64,000 nt of DNA from Tetramitus jugosus (taxonomy: Eukaryota > Protista > Heterolobosea), in the NCBI GenBank assembly GCA_937625935.1, contig OW569349.1, positions 186,001 through 250,000 on the forward strand, written 5' to 3'. Within the stretch, counting starts at the first letter, position 1; each line of letters starts with the position of its first letter. The notes beneath the pieces are model-generated. The model did not search any database, was not told the origin of the DNA, and saw only the letters and a program-made list of their open reading frames with translations. Made by a program: the position numbers and the translations under genes. This document shows positions 9,816 through 20,483 of this stretch, piece by piece.

Positions 9816-11589
9816 ATGCAAGGAATGAGTTCGTTACACCAACAAAAAAGTACCACCACTGCTCCACATCTACAATCCATAAAACAACATGTAGAGGATC
9901 ACTTGAATCAACACAATTATGAAACTGCTGTATTTTTAGCTGATAAGCTTTTGACCATGACAAAAAATATTTACAAGTCAACAAAATCGACTGAAGTGTT
10001 AGATTGTGTGTTCCTTCTTGCCAAATGCTTCTGGAAAAAGGGTGAGAGAAGAAGAGCTTGCTGGCTCATTCGTATGCAAGGCAATCCCAATGGACTTCGT
10101 GAACGATTCATGGCAGCCAAGTGCATGGAAGAAGTGGGTGATTGGAACGAATGTTTGAATATTTTGGGAGTGAGTGACGATGAATTTTCACAGTTTATTG
10201 TGTTGGCCAATCCTAGCACACCTGATTATCAAATGGTAGCAATCTGTTTTTTGTGTGTTGGTGGTGATTGTGTGTCTGTTTCTTTTGTTTTTAACACCAT
10301 TCTTACATTGTACTTGTTTTTGTTTGGCGATATAGCATGTGGCAAGCTTGTGTTTTATTCGTGCAAGGTGCCTCGAAGTGTTGGAAAAGAAACAACAAGC
10401 TGCATTCTGGTACAAGGAAACTTTGATGAAAGATCCATCGTTTGTTCAGGCTTATGACAAATTAATTGATGGCAACATGTTGACACATGAGGATGAGGAA
10501 CAACTATTGAAGGATATTCAATTCTCTGCATGTGACGAATGGCTACGTAACTTTTACGAGATCAAATTAGAAAAGTTTGAGAAGCAGCATCACAAACAAA
10601 AGGAAGAGAAAATTGCTCTGTTGACCAATGAATTCAATCTGATGAATAATGCAGATGTGATGACGCAGATTGCCCTGTTGCACTTCAATAAGCGAAATTA
10701 TCAGAAAGTGTACAATATCACGAATATGATCATGGAGCAGGACCCTTATCACCTACCTCTACTGCCGATTCATTTATTGACTCTGTTGTTTTTGAAGAAG
10801 AAGACTGAACTATTTTATCATGCTCACAAGCTGTCAGAGGATGGATCATTTGGAACTAAAACTGCAGCACTTGCAAACTTTGCATCAGCATGCTACTATT
10901 TTGCATGTGGTCAATGGGAACAAGCCAAAAAATTCTTTGCAAAGAGTAGTTCGTTGGACGGTAGGTTCTTGCCAGCTCTATTGGGCATTGGTCATTCCCT
11001 ATCGAATTCAAATGATACGGAATTGGCATTGGCGTGCTATCGATCAACCTCGAGGCACTTTCCCAACTCTCCTTTCCCTCTGTTGTATATGGCCATGGAG
11101 TACCTGAAGACAAATGAGCTGCACTTTGCTGAGCCTCTCGTGCTCAGTTCGCTCCAAAAGAAGAGTTGTGTAGAGGGCTGGAACGAATTCGGAGTCATTT
11201 TGCTCAAAAAGGGTGACATAGCCAAGAGTATCGACGTGTTTAATCAAGCAGTTCAAATGTGTCCTACTGGGGAATATGACAATGACATTGATGCATCTTA
11301 TGAATACATCATGTACAACTTGGCAACAGCGTACCGGAAAGCACGGAAATACAGGAATGCCTACGATTTGTACCTCCGGTGCATGAAGCTCAATGGTGAA
11401 GAACCTTCCATCTATGGCGCACTAGGTTTAACGTGTCATTTGAGTGGATCACTGCACGAGGCAATCGAATGGTATCACAAGGCCATGGCATGCACGAATG
11501 ATGGTATAGATAGCTTTGTAGCCACTATGCTGGCGAAATGTCTGAATCAACTCTCCGAGCAATCACTCGAATATGTTTTCGGTCATTGA
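9816..11589 (+). CDS. CDC16: Anaphase-promoting complex subunit 6 (Cdc16), TPR protein, 2 exons
   Basis: Intron 10236-10335 joins the ORFs in frame. YETAVFLADKL, SLCFIRARC..FWYKETL..AYDKLIDGNMLT, ELFYHAHKL, multiple TPRs. Confidence 0.85.
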
Positions 11590-11983
11590 GGCTTCGCGTG
11601 GAAGCAGTGGGCAGCATCTTCACATCCCCTCGTCTGGTCATTTTCGGCTAATTGGCCGCTGTTTTTTAGCTAGCGGTGCAAAAATAGCTCGGACGGTTTT
11701 AGTCTCATCCCCTGTGCGTTGCCATCTTGATGAGATGCAGCAGCAACAGTCACACAAGAGCAGCTACAACAATAACAACCACATCAACAACAGCAATACC
11801 AGCAACCAAGGATTGATTGACTTCTGTCTTTTTTTGCATCCCAGATATCATACCTCATACCTGAGAGTGCATCACCCAACCTCATCCAATCTACTACCAT
11901 ACTCGTAGTTATCTGTATATAACCGTTCACACAAACTTCCTGTACATAGTTCACACATACACACACGTTGCACATAGAAGAAC

Positions 11984-13501
11984 ATGATTCCTGTTTCCAA
12001 CTTTTTCCAAAGCTTTGGTGTTTCCTCTCACTTCCATGACCCCTATCACAACTCTCCCTCATATGGCGGTTGCGATCACTGTTACTTTACCCGGAGCTTG
12101 TTTGGCAGACGACAGCAAAACAACAACAACAACAAAAGTTTGAAGGTCAACACTGGTTACAACAATACCAATAACAACAACATTAACAATACCCTCGTCC
12201 GAAAGAATAGTTTTTGCGCTTCGTGCGGCCATTCTCGCAACTCTGCTCTCACCATGCTCGGTGCCATGATGATGGATGTGGAAGGTGACAATGAATACTA
12301 TTATGAGGACGATGAATTGATGACCATTGATTATTTGAGTCTGTCAGAGGACGTTCAAGTGCTCATATTGACCTATCTGGACATTATTGACCTGTACAAG
12401 TTTTCACTCAGTTGCAAGCACGGTGCCTTCTTGGTTCTGAGCAATGAGACGGATGATTTTCTGTGGAAACAAGTCGCGAGTCGATTCAGTATCCAAGAGG
12501 GCGAAGAAGACGATAATTCTGGCTTTTTGGATCCCATGTCCTCCGTAGCTCCATCACCATCGACTCCTGTTGAGTCATCTTCTCTGCGTGCAAAGCTCTT
12601 TAACCTTTTCTCAACATATGTGAACATGAGTTCGATTACGAGTGGCGTTGCGAATTTTGCCATTGGAGGCGGCACAAACGAAGCAACAACAGCTGACACT
12701 AGCGATACCACGTCGAGTTCAGAAAACAGTGGCACGAGTGCAGGTGGCACAAGCAGAGTCAAACAAAGAAGAACATCTGTCATTGTCGAAAGAGACCAAT
12801 GCTTCCAAACCATGGTTGTATTGAAGACGTCAGAAGAGTTGTCCGGATTGGAGAATTTGTGGCGACGAAGAGTGAGACAAGGAGCAAGACTGTTCTGGGA
12901 TAGTAACTCTCGACCATCTGACAGTTCACTCACACTTGGCAACAATAACAAGACGGTGTCTGATAATAGGACATCGAAATGGGATACGATAAGAACCAAT
13001 TGTCCACTGAAGAAGGGAGTAGTCTACTCATGGGAGTACACTCTAGACTATCATGACAATTCTGATTTCAACTCGTATCGTGTGTTTGTTGGAGTAGAGA
13101 GATCAACATATGCTTTTGCAAGTGTAGGATTTGATAAGATTATTGGATTCAATAGTTATGGTGTAGGATACAATTTGGGAGAACAGTGCATCCATCGCAA
13201 TTACATTCATACGTTGACCAACAAGTCCATCTTGCATCAGGATCCAGATGGAAAGTTCAAAACAGGAGATGTCATTACGGTGAAGTTTGATCTCAAGAAT
13301 CTGAATGACAACCAGTGTGCTAGCATGGAGCTCTTCAAGAATGGCAGATGGTTTACCACAATCGACAATATCCCCACAGTGGACGAAATCAAGATGCCTA
13401 TTGTGTACTATCCTGCTATATCTATGATTGGAAAACAAACAGTTTCGATTCGAAGGGGCACCTCGTACAAAGAGTTACTCTATCCTCAATCCAAAAGTTA
13501 A
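11984..13501 (+). CDS. F-box and SPRY-domain protein
   Basis: F-box: LSLSEDVQVLILTYLDIIDLYKFSLSCK..LWK. SPRY: GVVYSWEY, VFVGV, FKTGDVITVKFDL, FKNG, YYPAISM. Confidence 0.8.
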   Translation: MIPVSNFFQSFGVSSHFHDPYHNSPSYGGCDHCYFTRSLFGRRQQNNNNNKSLKVNTGYNNTNNNNINNTLVRKNSFCASCGHSRNSALTMLGAMMMDVEGDNEYYYEDDELMTIDYLSLSEDVQVLILTYLDIIDLYKFSLSCKHGAFLVLSNETDDFLWKQVASRFSIQEGEEDDNSGFLDPMSSVAPSPSTPVESSSLRAKLFNLFSTYVNMSSITSGVANFAIGGGTNEATTADTSDTTSSSENSGTSAGGTSRVKQRRTSVIVERDQCFQTMVVLKTSEELSGLENLWRRRVRQGARLFWDSNSRPSDSSLTLGNNNKTVSDNRTSKWDTIRTNCPLKKGVVYSWEYTLDYHDNSDFNSYRVFVGVERSTYAFASVGFDKIIGFNSYGVGYNLGEQCIHRNYIHTLTNKSILHQDPDGKFKTGDVITVKFDLKNLNDNQCASMELFKNGRWFTTIDNIPTVDEIKMPIVYYPAISMIGKQTVSIRRGTSYKELLYPQSKS

Positions 13502-13529
13502 TAAACCAGATCAAAAGAAGTTAAAACTG

Positions 13530-13611
13530 TGCATGCGGTGAGATTTGAACTCACGCATCCGGAGATATCCGAACTTGAGTCGGACGCCTTAGACCACTCG
13601 GCCACGCATGC
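13530..13611 (-). tRNA. tRNA-Leu(CAA), intronless
   Basis: Reverse complement GCATGCGTGGCCGAGTGGTCTAAGGCGTCCGACTCAAGTTCGGATATCTCCGGATGCGTGAGTTCAAATCTCACCGCATGCA. Acceptor stem GCATGCG/CGCATGC, anticodon arm TCCGA-CTCAAGT-TCGGA, long variable arm, GTTCAAAT T-loop. Confidence 0.97.
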
Positions 13612-13650
13612 TGCATGTTTAATTGACCGACTATAATAATATTATTAAAT

Positions 13651-13783
13651 TATTCGGAGAAATCCCTAAACCCTTAGAGAGGCAAGCCTGCTCTCACGCA
13701 AAAGAAAAATAAAAGTTCCGCAACGTGGTGCGTGAGCACCATTTGTTGTATTAAAAAAAAAAAAAAAAAAATATTCGGAGAAA
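13651..13783 (+). mobile_element. Putative short retroposed insertion (SINE or 5'-truncated non-LTR element) with poly(A) tail and 12-bp target-site duplication
   Basis: TATTCGGAGAAA at 13651-13662 and 13772-13783 flanks a 90-bp body (13663-13752) plus A19 (13753-13771). Confidence 0.65.
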
Positions 13784-14344
13784 ATCAACCAGTTTGACTG
13801 ACATGGTTTGGGGTTTCGAGCAGGTTATGGAGTTTCTTGTCCAAGTTGATCATTTGAACACATCAGTGATCGCTTGTGTGAAAATCGGTAGGTATTTGAA
13901 ATCAGTTTGAAAGGAGAACCCATAAGATAAAAATGTACGAATCCACAAAAAAATTTTCGTGGTTCGCCATAAAGAGAAAAGGATTTGTAGGAGAAGGGTT
14001 GTATTCACCAGATTATTTTTTCTCTTCCATCTCATTTGCATACAACAATTTAGCCCCAACAGAGCATCCCAATTACCAACAGATCAGCTCAAACCACTTT
14101 TTGCTACCAAACAAACTCCCTCTGCTTCAAAAAAAGCCCTGCCTCTCGCTTTCTCCTATCGCGAAGGAAACACCAAAAATTGTTGAAGATCTTCCCGACA
14201 ACATTCTGGAGTCGACCACCATTCAAGACCCACCAAGACAACGAATTCACGCGTTTGAAAAATAACAACAACACGACCATAATTGTGACGTCGATCATTC
14301 CTACCACCATACATACCCCACAACCGGTCCACCAGAACAACCAC

Positions 14345-15490
14345 ATGAGCTTTACACAAAACAAACACGTGTTGCTCGTTTACTCTACCAACAATAACCA
14401 GCATAATAGCACGAGTGGTAGCAGTAACGATCGCCAAAGGTCTCCAACCACTCTATCCAACAACAAGGTGGACAATAGCTTACAAAAGCTTGCCCCTTCT
14501 CTTCACAGTCCAAAGTCCATTGTTCGTTTCAATCGACACCACCAACACCTTGTTTTCTCTTGTGGCGGCGGAAAAATTTCAAACCGCCAAAGACAAGGCA
14601 GCTCTTTGTCATCTACAGCGGCCCAAGCAACCACCACAAATAGCTGTATTAGAGTCAACCGATTCAACAGCAGCAACATTAGACAGAAAAAGTCAAGAAG
14701 GGCCTCTCCTAGCTCTGCTTCACACCAAGGAATACACAAGGAAAGAAAAAGTTTAGCCAAAAGCTCCAACACAAGAAGAAAAAACTGGAGCAGCACAGCT
14801 ACAACTACAAGCCATAGCAGACAACCACCAGCAGAGCAGCAAAACTTTATGGAAGAGAGTTGTCTCGTTCTGCTCTCTGAAATGAACATTGCGTCACCTG
14901 TAAAGACCATGACTGGCTACAATCATTGCTATCATGAATATGATGATGCCAATGATGACTGTGATCATCTTGTTGATGAAGCTAACAATCACCATCATCA
15001 CAGTGATACTGCCATGAATGAAGACTGTGCTTCTCCTTCCAGTCTCTCTTCAGCACCAGTGGCAGCTGGTTCTCTGACAAGCCAACTTCAGTTTTCATCA
15101 GTTGTGTTTGATCCGTTTGCAAGAGCTCATCATCACCATCATCATGTCTCATCAGCTTTGAGCTCGCCAGAGACAAACATGTGGGTTGCTCCCATGCACT
15201 CCAATTTGATCACATCTGACTTCTTGATGGATCAATACAATTGCAACTATCATTATCATCGTCCTTGTGTCGATGGTGGTGATATTGAGGAAGCAATTGA
15301 GTTTTTTGGTAGTGGAAGTATGTTTCCCATACTTTTGAGCCCCTCCAACACACCAACAACAACAGCAGAAGAAGAAGAAGAGGATTTGAATATGGAATCG
15401 TTGATACGGTCCTCATCTTTGAGTAGAAGTGCGACTTCAACTGAATCCTCTCATTTTTATCATTCTTCATCCTCTGCTGCCTTGGTGTGA
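14345..15490 (+). CDS. Hypothetical low-complexity (S/N/H-rich), probably disordered protein
   Basis: Long ORF (open from 14180; first ATG at 14345) with a basic patch (RQKKSRR..RRKN) and an acidic C-terminus. No recognisable domain. Confidence 0.5.
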   Translation: MSFTQNKHVLLVYSTNNNQHNSTSGSSNDRQRSPTTLSNNKVDNSLQKLAPSLHSPKSIVRFNRHHQHLVFSCGGGKISNRQRQGSSLSSTAAQATTTNSCIRVNRFNSSNIRQKKSRRASPSSASHQGIHKERKSLAKSSNTRRKNWSSTATTTSHSRQPPAEQQNFMEESCLVLLSEMNIASPVKTMTGYNHCYHEYDDANDDCDHLVDEANNHHHHSDTAMNEDCASPSSLSSAPVAAGSLTSQLQFSSVVFDPFARAHHHHHHVSSALSSPETNMWVAPMHSNLITSDFLMDQYNCNYHYHRPCVDGGDIEEAIEFFGSGSMFPILLSPSNTPTTTAEEEEEDLNMESLIRSSSLSRSATSTESSHFYHSSSSAALV

Positions 15491-15934
15491 ATAATTGAGT
15501 GCATATAGTGTTGTTGTAGCACAAGCTTCTTCTTCCTTGTGAAGTCGCAGTGTACAACACTCACTCTAGGCATTCAGATCAATGTATATGCGGTAACAGT
15601 GCAGGCCTTTACACACCAAAGAGTCTTTTTTGGTGTTTTTCTTTTCCACGCTGTTGTTTGTTCCTCCTGAGGTAGTGATACCTACATCAAGCAGTTTTAC
15701 AATTGATGTAGTTGAACAAAGAACCAATATTGGTTTTGTTCTTTGAGAAATACAGCAATATGGAACTGAGAATCAAGCCGTCAACTGATGCTAATGGTTC
15801 GATTTATTGTTCACCAGTTTATGGCGACGATAAGAAATCATCCAGTTATTGGATCTATTCAATAAACTTCTAATTCGACAATGCAAGAATAGTAGTAAGA
15901 ATAAAAGCAAATTTATACAAGTCCATATCAACGA

Positions 15935-16228
15935 TTACAAGTGTCTCCAGTTTTGTTGAGGATTTCTCTCAATGCCCCTCACTGCCCTTCTGACGAAGCC
16001 ACTTTCGGCAGGTAATTCCTCATCTCTATCGTCATGAGTTATCTGTTTTTCTTCTTTCTCATTGATTTGCACATCTTCTAACTTTGCTTGTTTGGAGTCA
16101 TCAGGTATGTCTGCAGGTAGAATACGATCTTGGGTCTTCTCTTTCTCCTTCGGCAGTTGTGCATCTGAACGTTCGACAGTTCTTTTGGTGTCCAAGTAAT
16201 CTCTAATCATATGAGTAATGTCTGGCAT
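15935..16228 (-). CDS. Small charged hypothetical protein (97 aa)
   Basis: ATG preceded by the AC-rich leader typical of genes here; hydrophilic K/E/D-rich ORF; no recognised homology. Confidence 0.45.
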   Translation of the reverse strand: MPDITHMIRDYLDTKRTVERSDAQLPKEKEKTQDRILPADIPDDSKQAKLEDVQINEKEEKQITHDDRDEELPAESGFVRRAVRGIERNPQQNWRHL

Positions 16229-16417
16229 TGTTCGTGTTTTTGTGGTATGGTTGTATTTGTCTTTTTCTTTCAGTTTTTGAACTTGTGAAAAGATATTCCA
16301 TGTTCCAAGCCATTTCCAAACTGATATTTTGAGTTCTTGGATCTATTCAAAAATAAAATTTCAAGGAATACCGTAAATAAGTATTTACTTGTCTGGCAGT
16401 TGACTGCTTCCAATTGT

Positions 16418-19400
16418 TTACAAAACTTGTTGTTTCTTGAATGATCGAAGGAATTTGTGAAACAAGGCCTCCGAGTCAATTCTGGAGCAAGAAACATCAG
16501 ATCCATTGAGTCCCTCTAACAGATTGTGGCAACTCGTGACTTCTCTCGATTCAGGGAAATCCGAATAGTCGAACATTGACACGATGGGCAGTACTGAGTT
16601 CTCAGGATTTGTCACGGCAGTTTGCTTGACAAACGAAACCCATGCACCATAAGGCAACTGTTCAATCTCATAGCCATATGATTTCATATGTTGGGTCATC
16701 TGGTTGACAGATACTGAAGAGCCAATGGAATTCGTGTTAATCAAATGATAGGACTTGTGTTTTGTGAGAGCAGTGAAAAGCTTGTCTGCTGAAGTTGTTG
16801 TGATTGATACAATAGCTTGTGCAACAAAATCGACTGGAACCATATGTACAAGAGCATTGGATTCTGGAGCAACCTTCAACTGGACAACACCACAAATGTA
16901 TCTTGATATCCATTCTGTGATATTTGAATGACCGGTCTGCGAGTGACCACATATCAATGTTGGACGGAATATACTAATTGGTACTCTACGTTCGTTTCTG
17001 GCAATAGTCAAGATACCTTCTGCAATGTACTTTGACTGACTGTATCCTTGCAATTGTTGGAATGCTGATTCAGGAACGATGGACCTCAAGTCCATATCTT
17101 CTGTCACGTCGTGGTAGAATGGGACACTACCGAGTACTCCTATCGATGAAACAAAGTGCAGTGGTTTCAAATGACTACCTGTGGTGCACAACTTCAACAA
17201 TTCAACGACACTCAAAACGTTTGATTTCTTCAATTCCCAGTAAGATAGCACAAAGTTGACATGTGCTCCATTGTGGTAAACAGCATCGATCGTATCACAT
17301 AAATTAGACCAAGTGTTATCCGATAGACCTAACTTTGCTTGATTCAGATCGCCGCAATAGGCAACAATATTTTCACGCATCTTGGCAGAGAGTGGAGAGA
17401 CATCCATTGTTTCTAAATTTCGAATAATTCTATCATATGCCTCCTTGTCATTGTTCGCTCTCACGATACAGTGTACCTTTAAATCTTGGGAACAGTTGAG
17501 CAGTTCATGCAGGAGAGCTCCTCCCAGAAATCCGGTTGCACCAGTGAGCAGAACGTGGCGAATGGCGTCAGGGGACTTCATTGTGTTCAACAGATTATCT
17601 GGAGTAAATATTGAGTCATCAAGTGTGATTTCCTCTTCCAGGCTGATAGTTTTTGCTGAAGTAAAACAGTTTTTACCACCTGACTTGATCATTTCCAATA
17701 CTTCAGAGAGTGGAACATTTTGTAATAGATCCTTTGCCGATATTTTGATATCGAGTTGTTGTTCTATCAATACAGATAGTTTAGCTGCTGAAATAGAGTC
17801 TCCTCCAACTTCAGCAAAGCTAGCATCAGAGTCAATCGTGTGGCCAATGCCCAATACATTAGTAATGGTGGCAAGGAGATCACTCTCATGCGTTTTCTTC
17901 TCCAGATCATTATACAACTTATCCAATTGTTGCTTATAGACTTTGCTCAAGAATGGACGACAAGACTTTTCAGGTCCTGTGAGCTTTCCATTATCAACAG
18001 TGAATTTTTCCAGTTCGAAGATGAAGCCCTTTGGAATCTCATAGCTGGCAACCTTGGCTCTCTTTCCTATTGCTACAATATCTTGCATGATCATTCGATA
18101 AATCAATGTGCCTTCTTGGCACAGATCTTGAATGGCGCCCTGCAAATTGTTCTCCTTGGCTGCTTTCTCAATGACTTCAACATTTGGAACAATGACAGCC
18201 ACAAGGAACGTTTTCATAGAGTCACCTGAAATAAATATCTGATTAATAAACTCACTGGATAAATAGAAGTTTTCCAGAGGTTCTGGAGCCACGAATTCTC
18301 CTTGACTTAACTTGAAAATATTTTTCAATCGATCAATGATAGTGAGCTTGTTATTCTCACCTATCACTCCAATATCACCAGTATGATAGAAACCATCTTT
18401 GTCGATGAGTTCAGATGTTTTCTCCTCGTCTCTATAATAACCTGGAATAGCTGTAGGTGATTTGACAACGATTTCTCCACGAGGATAGGGCTTATCAGTT
18501 GAGTAGTATCCAAGTTCTGGTACATCAACGAGTTTGATATCAACACCCTCAAATTTTAGTTCTGCTCCTTTATCTTCTCCAACATCAATCCATGATATCG
18601 CTCCAAGTTCTGTACTCGCGTATCCATTGTAAACGCGACACTTGAAACACTTTCTTAAAAAGTCAATGACTTCTTGGCTAGTTGCAGCTCCTCCAGACGT
18701 CATTGCTTGCATTCTACCACCAAGGATGCCACTGAATTGCTTCATTAAATCGACTTCGTTGATCGATTTTTCTGATGTTTTGAGCAAAACGTTCATCTTT
18801 TGGTACTCAGAGTATAGAGAGTTGTACAATCGAGGAGTGGAACTCAATATAGTGGGTTGTAGAGCTCTAAAATCATCGAAAATTTGTGACATGTCACCCG
18901 AAAACATTCCAGTTCTTCCTCCGTTGATCATACCGTTTAGTACATTCAATCGATCTGACATGTGAGATAGTGGACTGAAGCTCAGATTTACAAGCGGATG
19001 AAAAGAGTACATTCCTCGAACCAGTTGATTGTTGAGATTGGAATCAGTGATGATAGCTCCCTTACTCCTGCCAGTCGATCCACTCGTGTAGACAATTGTG
19101 GCTAGGTCATTCGGCTGGATATCCGTGTTAATTGCGAGTCTATTTTCACTACCCGCTCCGATGCGCTCTACATCACTTAATGAAAACAACTGAATCTGAC
19201 ATTCGCGAGCCAAGGCAAACTTTTCGTTATCTTGTTGACTCGTAGTTAGGTCCTCGATCTGAATAATTACCTTTACAGTTGGGCAGAAGCAGGAATCAGC
19301 TTTTCTAGCCTCATTCGCCATACTGATACATTGCATTGTGTACTTGCTCTCACAAACAATTACATCGAGTTCTCCATTGTTAATAATGTGAGCCATATCA

Positions 19401-20275
19401 ACGAGATCCTCTGTGTCAAACTTGGACTTGGGCAAACCAACTGTGACCATTCCTTTCAACAAACATCCAACATCAGTTGTGAACCATTCAACACGATTAA
19501 TAGAGCATATCCCAATGAATCCTCTCTTCTTCCCTCTCGATGGATTCATGTCGTTGATTTTCTGAACAAGCATTTCCAATCCAGTTCCAATACTCAGTGC
19601 CTTCTCATACACTTCATCATACGTTAGCCATGAATACCTTGGTTCCAAAACAACCTTGTTGTTTTCAGATACAATGGGCTTACGATAACCAAGACAAGGT
19701 CTTTCTTTGAAACAAAGAAAAGCTCGACTCAATGATTCAGCTGCACAACGACCAGTGATCAACCACAAGTTCTCAGCTGCATGTCTCCTCGTCTTCATAA
19801 ACAATGGTTCACCGACGAGTGGAAACTCCATTCGTTTTTTTGCCTCCTGACTCCAATGTTCCTCGTCTTTGCTCTCATAGCACCTCATGCAAACAATGAA
19901 CTGATTCTCAAATGTTCCACAATCCAAACAAATCATTTTCTCGTCTCGGGCCTTGATACGCGTACCACAGCTCTCACATCCAAACGACAATTGCCTATAG
20001 TACTGCTCATACTTGTGATCACCTGTCACTTCCAATTCATTGTTGTTACTACTGCTCTTCTTCACTTTGACATATTTCATAAAAGTTGTGGGAACGAATC
20101 CCTTTTCAACGTTGCCATTCTTGGTGGTGACCTTCTCACAATAGGACCACCCGTTGGTTGGATGTTCATTCTCCACCAGAACAAGCTCATTAATTTCACA
20201 TGACATCTCCTGGAAGGTTGTTGTTTCAGGATGGTAGGGCTCTACCAATTCAGCATAATGAGGGAAAAAAGACAT
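16418..20275 (-). CDS. NRPS-like carboxylic acid reductase (adenylation-carrier-thioester reductase) with N-terminal SH3 and ZZ/C1-like zinc finger
   Basis: A domain: YTSGSTGRSKG, GYASTE, KLVDVPELGYYSTDKPYPRGE, FYHTGD, FKLSQGEFVAPE. Carrier: FAEVGGDSISA. R domain: VLLTGATGFLG, HNGAHVN, GYSQSK, VPVDFVA. SH3: PYHP..EMS..GWSY..KGFVPTTFM. Zn finger: CESC..CLDC..CMRC..H. First ATG at 20275. Confidence 0.88.
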   Translation of the reverse strand: MSFFPHYAELVEPYHPETTTFQEMSCEINELVLVENEHPTNGWSYCEKVTTKNGNVEKGFVPTTFMKYVKVKKSSSNNNELEVTGDHKYEQYYRQLSFGCESCGTRIKARDEKMICLDCGTFENQFIVCMRCYESKDEEHWSQEAKKRMEFPLVGEPLFMKTRRHAAENLWLITGRCAAESLSRAFLCFKERPCLGYRKPIVSENNKVVLEPRYSWLTYDEVYEKALSIGTGLEMLVQKINDMNPSRGKKRGFIGICSINRVEWFTTDVGCLLKGMVTVGLPKSKFDTEDLVDMAHIINNGELDVIVCESKYTMQCISMANEARKADSCFCPTVKVIIQIEDLTTSQQDNEKFALARECQIQLFSLSDVERIGAGSENRLAINTDIQPNDLATIVYTSGSTGRSKGAIITDSNLNNQLVRGMYSFHPLVNLSFSPLSHMSDRLNVLNGMINGGRTGMFSGDMSQIFDDFRALQPTILSSTPRLYNSLYSEYQKMNVLLKTSEKSINEVDLMKQFSGILGGRMQAMTSGGAATSQEVIDFLRKCFKCRVYNGYASTELGAISWIDVGEDKGAELKFEGVDIKLVDVPELGYYSTDKPYPRGEIVVKSPTAIPGYYRDEEKTSELIDKDGFYHTGDIGVIGENNKLTIIDRLKNIFKLSQGEFVAPEPLENFYLSSEFINQIFISGDSMKTFLVAVIVPNVEVIEKAAKENNLQGAIQDLCQEGTLIYRMIMQDIVAIGKRAKVASYEIPKGFIFELEKFTVDNGKLTGPEKSCRPFLSKVYKQQLDKLYNDLEKKTHESDLLATITNVLGIGHTIDSDASFAEVGGDSISAAKLSVLIEQQLDIKISAKDLLQNVPLSEVLEMIKSGGKNCFTSAKTISLEEEITLDDSIFTPDNLLNTMKSPDAIRHVLLTGATGFLGGALLHELLNCSQDLKVHCIVRANNDKEAYDRIIRNLETMDVSPLSAKMRENIVAYCGDLNQAKLGLSDNTWSNLCDTIDAVYHNGAHVNFVLSYWELKKSNVLSVVELLKLCTTGSHLKPLHFVSSIGVLGSVPFYHDVTEDMDLRSIVPESAFQQLQGYSQSKYIAEGILTIARNERRVPISIFRPTLICGHSQTGHSNITEWISRYICGVVQLKVAPESNALVHMVPVDFVAQAIVSITTTSADKLFTALTKHKSYHLINTNSIGSSVSVNQMTQHMKSYGYEIEQLPYGAWVSFVKQTAVTNPENSVLPIVSMFDYSDFPESREVTSCHNLLEGLNGSDVSCSRIDSEALFHKFLRSFKKQQVL

Positions 20276-20483
20276 GATAAATAGTGGTTTGTAAGAGTTC
20301 TTTTGTTTTTCGTTGTGTGGAGAGAACTGTGAATTGTTGCTGAAGATAGGCCAGCTGTTTGTTCCAGGGACTTGTTCCAAAAGAGAACTAGAACGGAGTA
20401 ATGTGCTTCAAAGAAAAAACACTTTTCGCCGCTCCAGCAAAAACAAAATTGCGCAACACACAAAAAAACACTAGTTTGAAGAC

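Noticed and set aside
13933-14265. 110-aa ORF overlapping the next ORF in another frame (possible frameshift or uORF)
   Set aside because: No homology and no clear splice or slippery site; may be 5' UTR.
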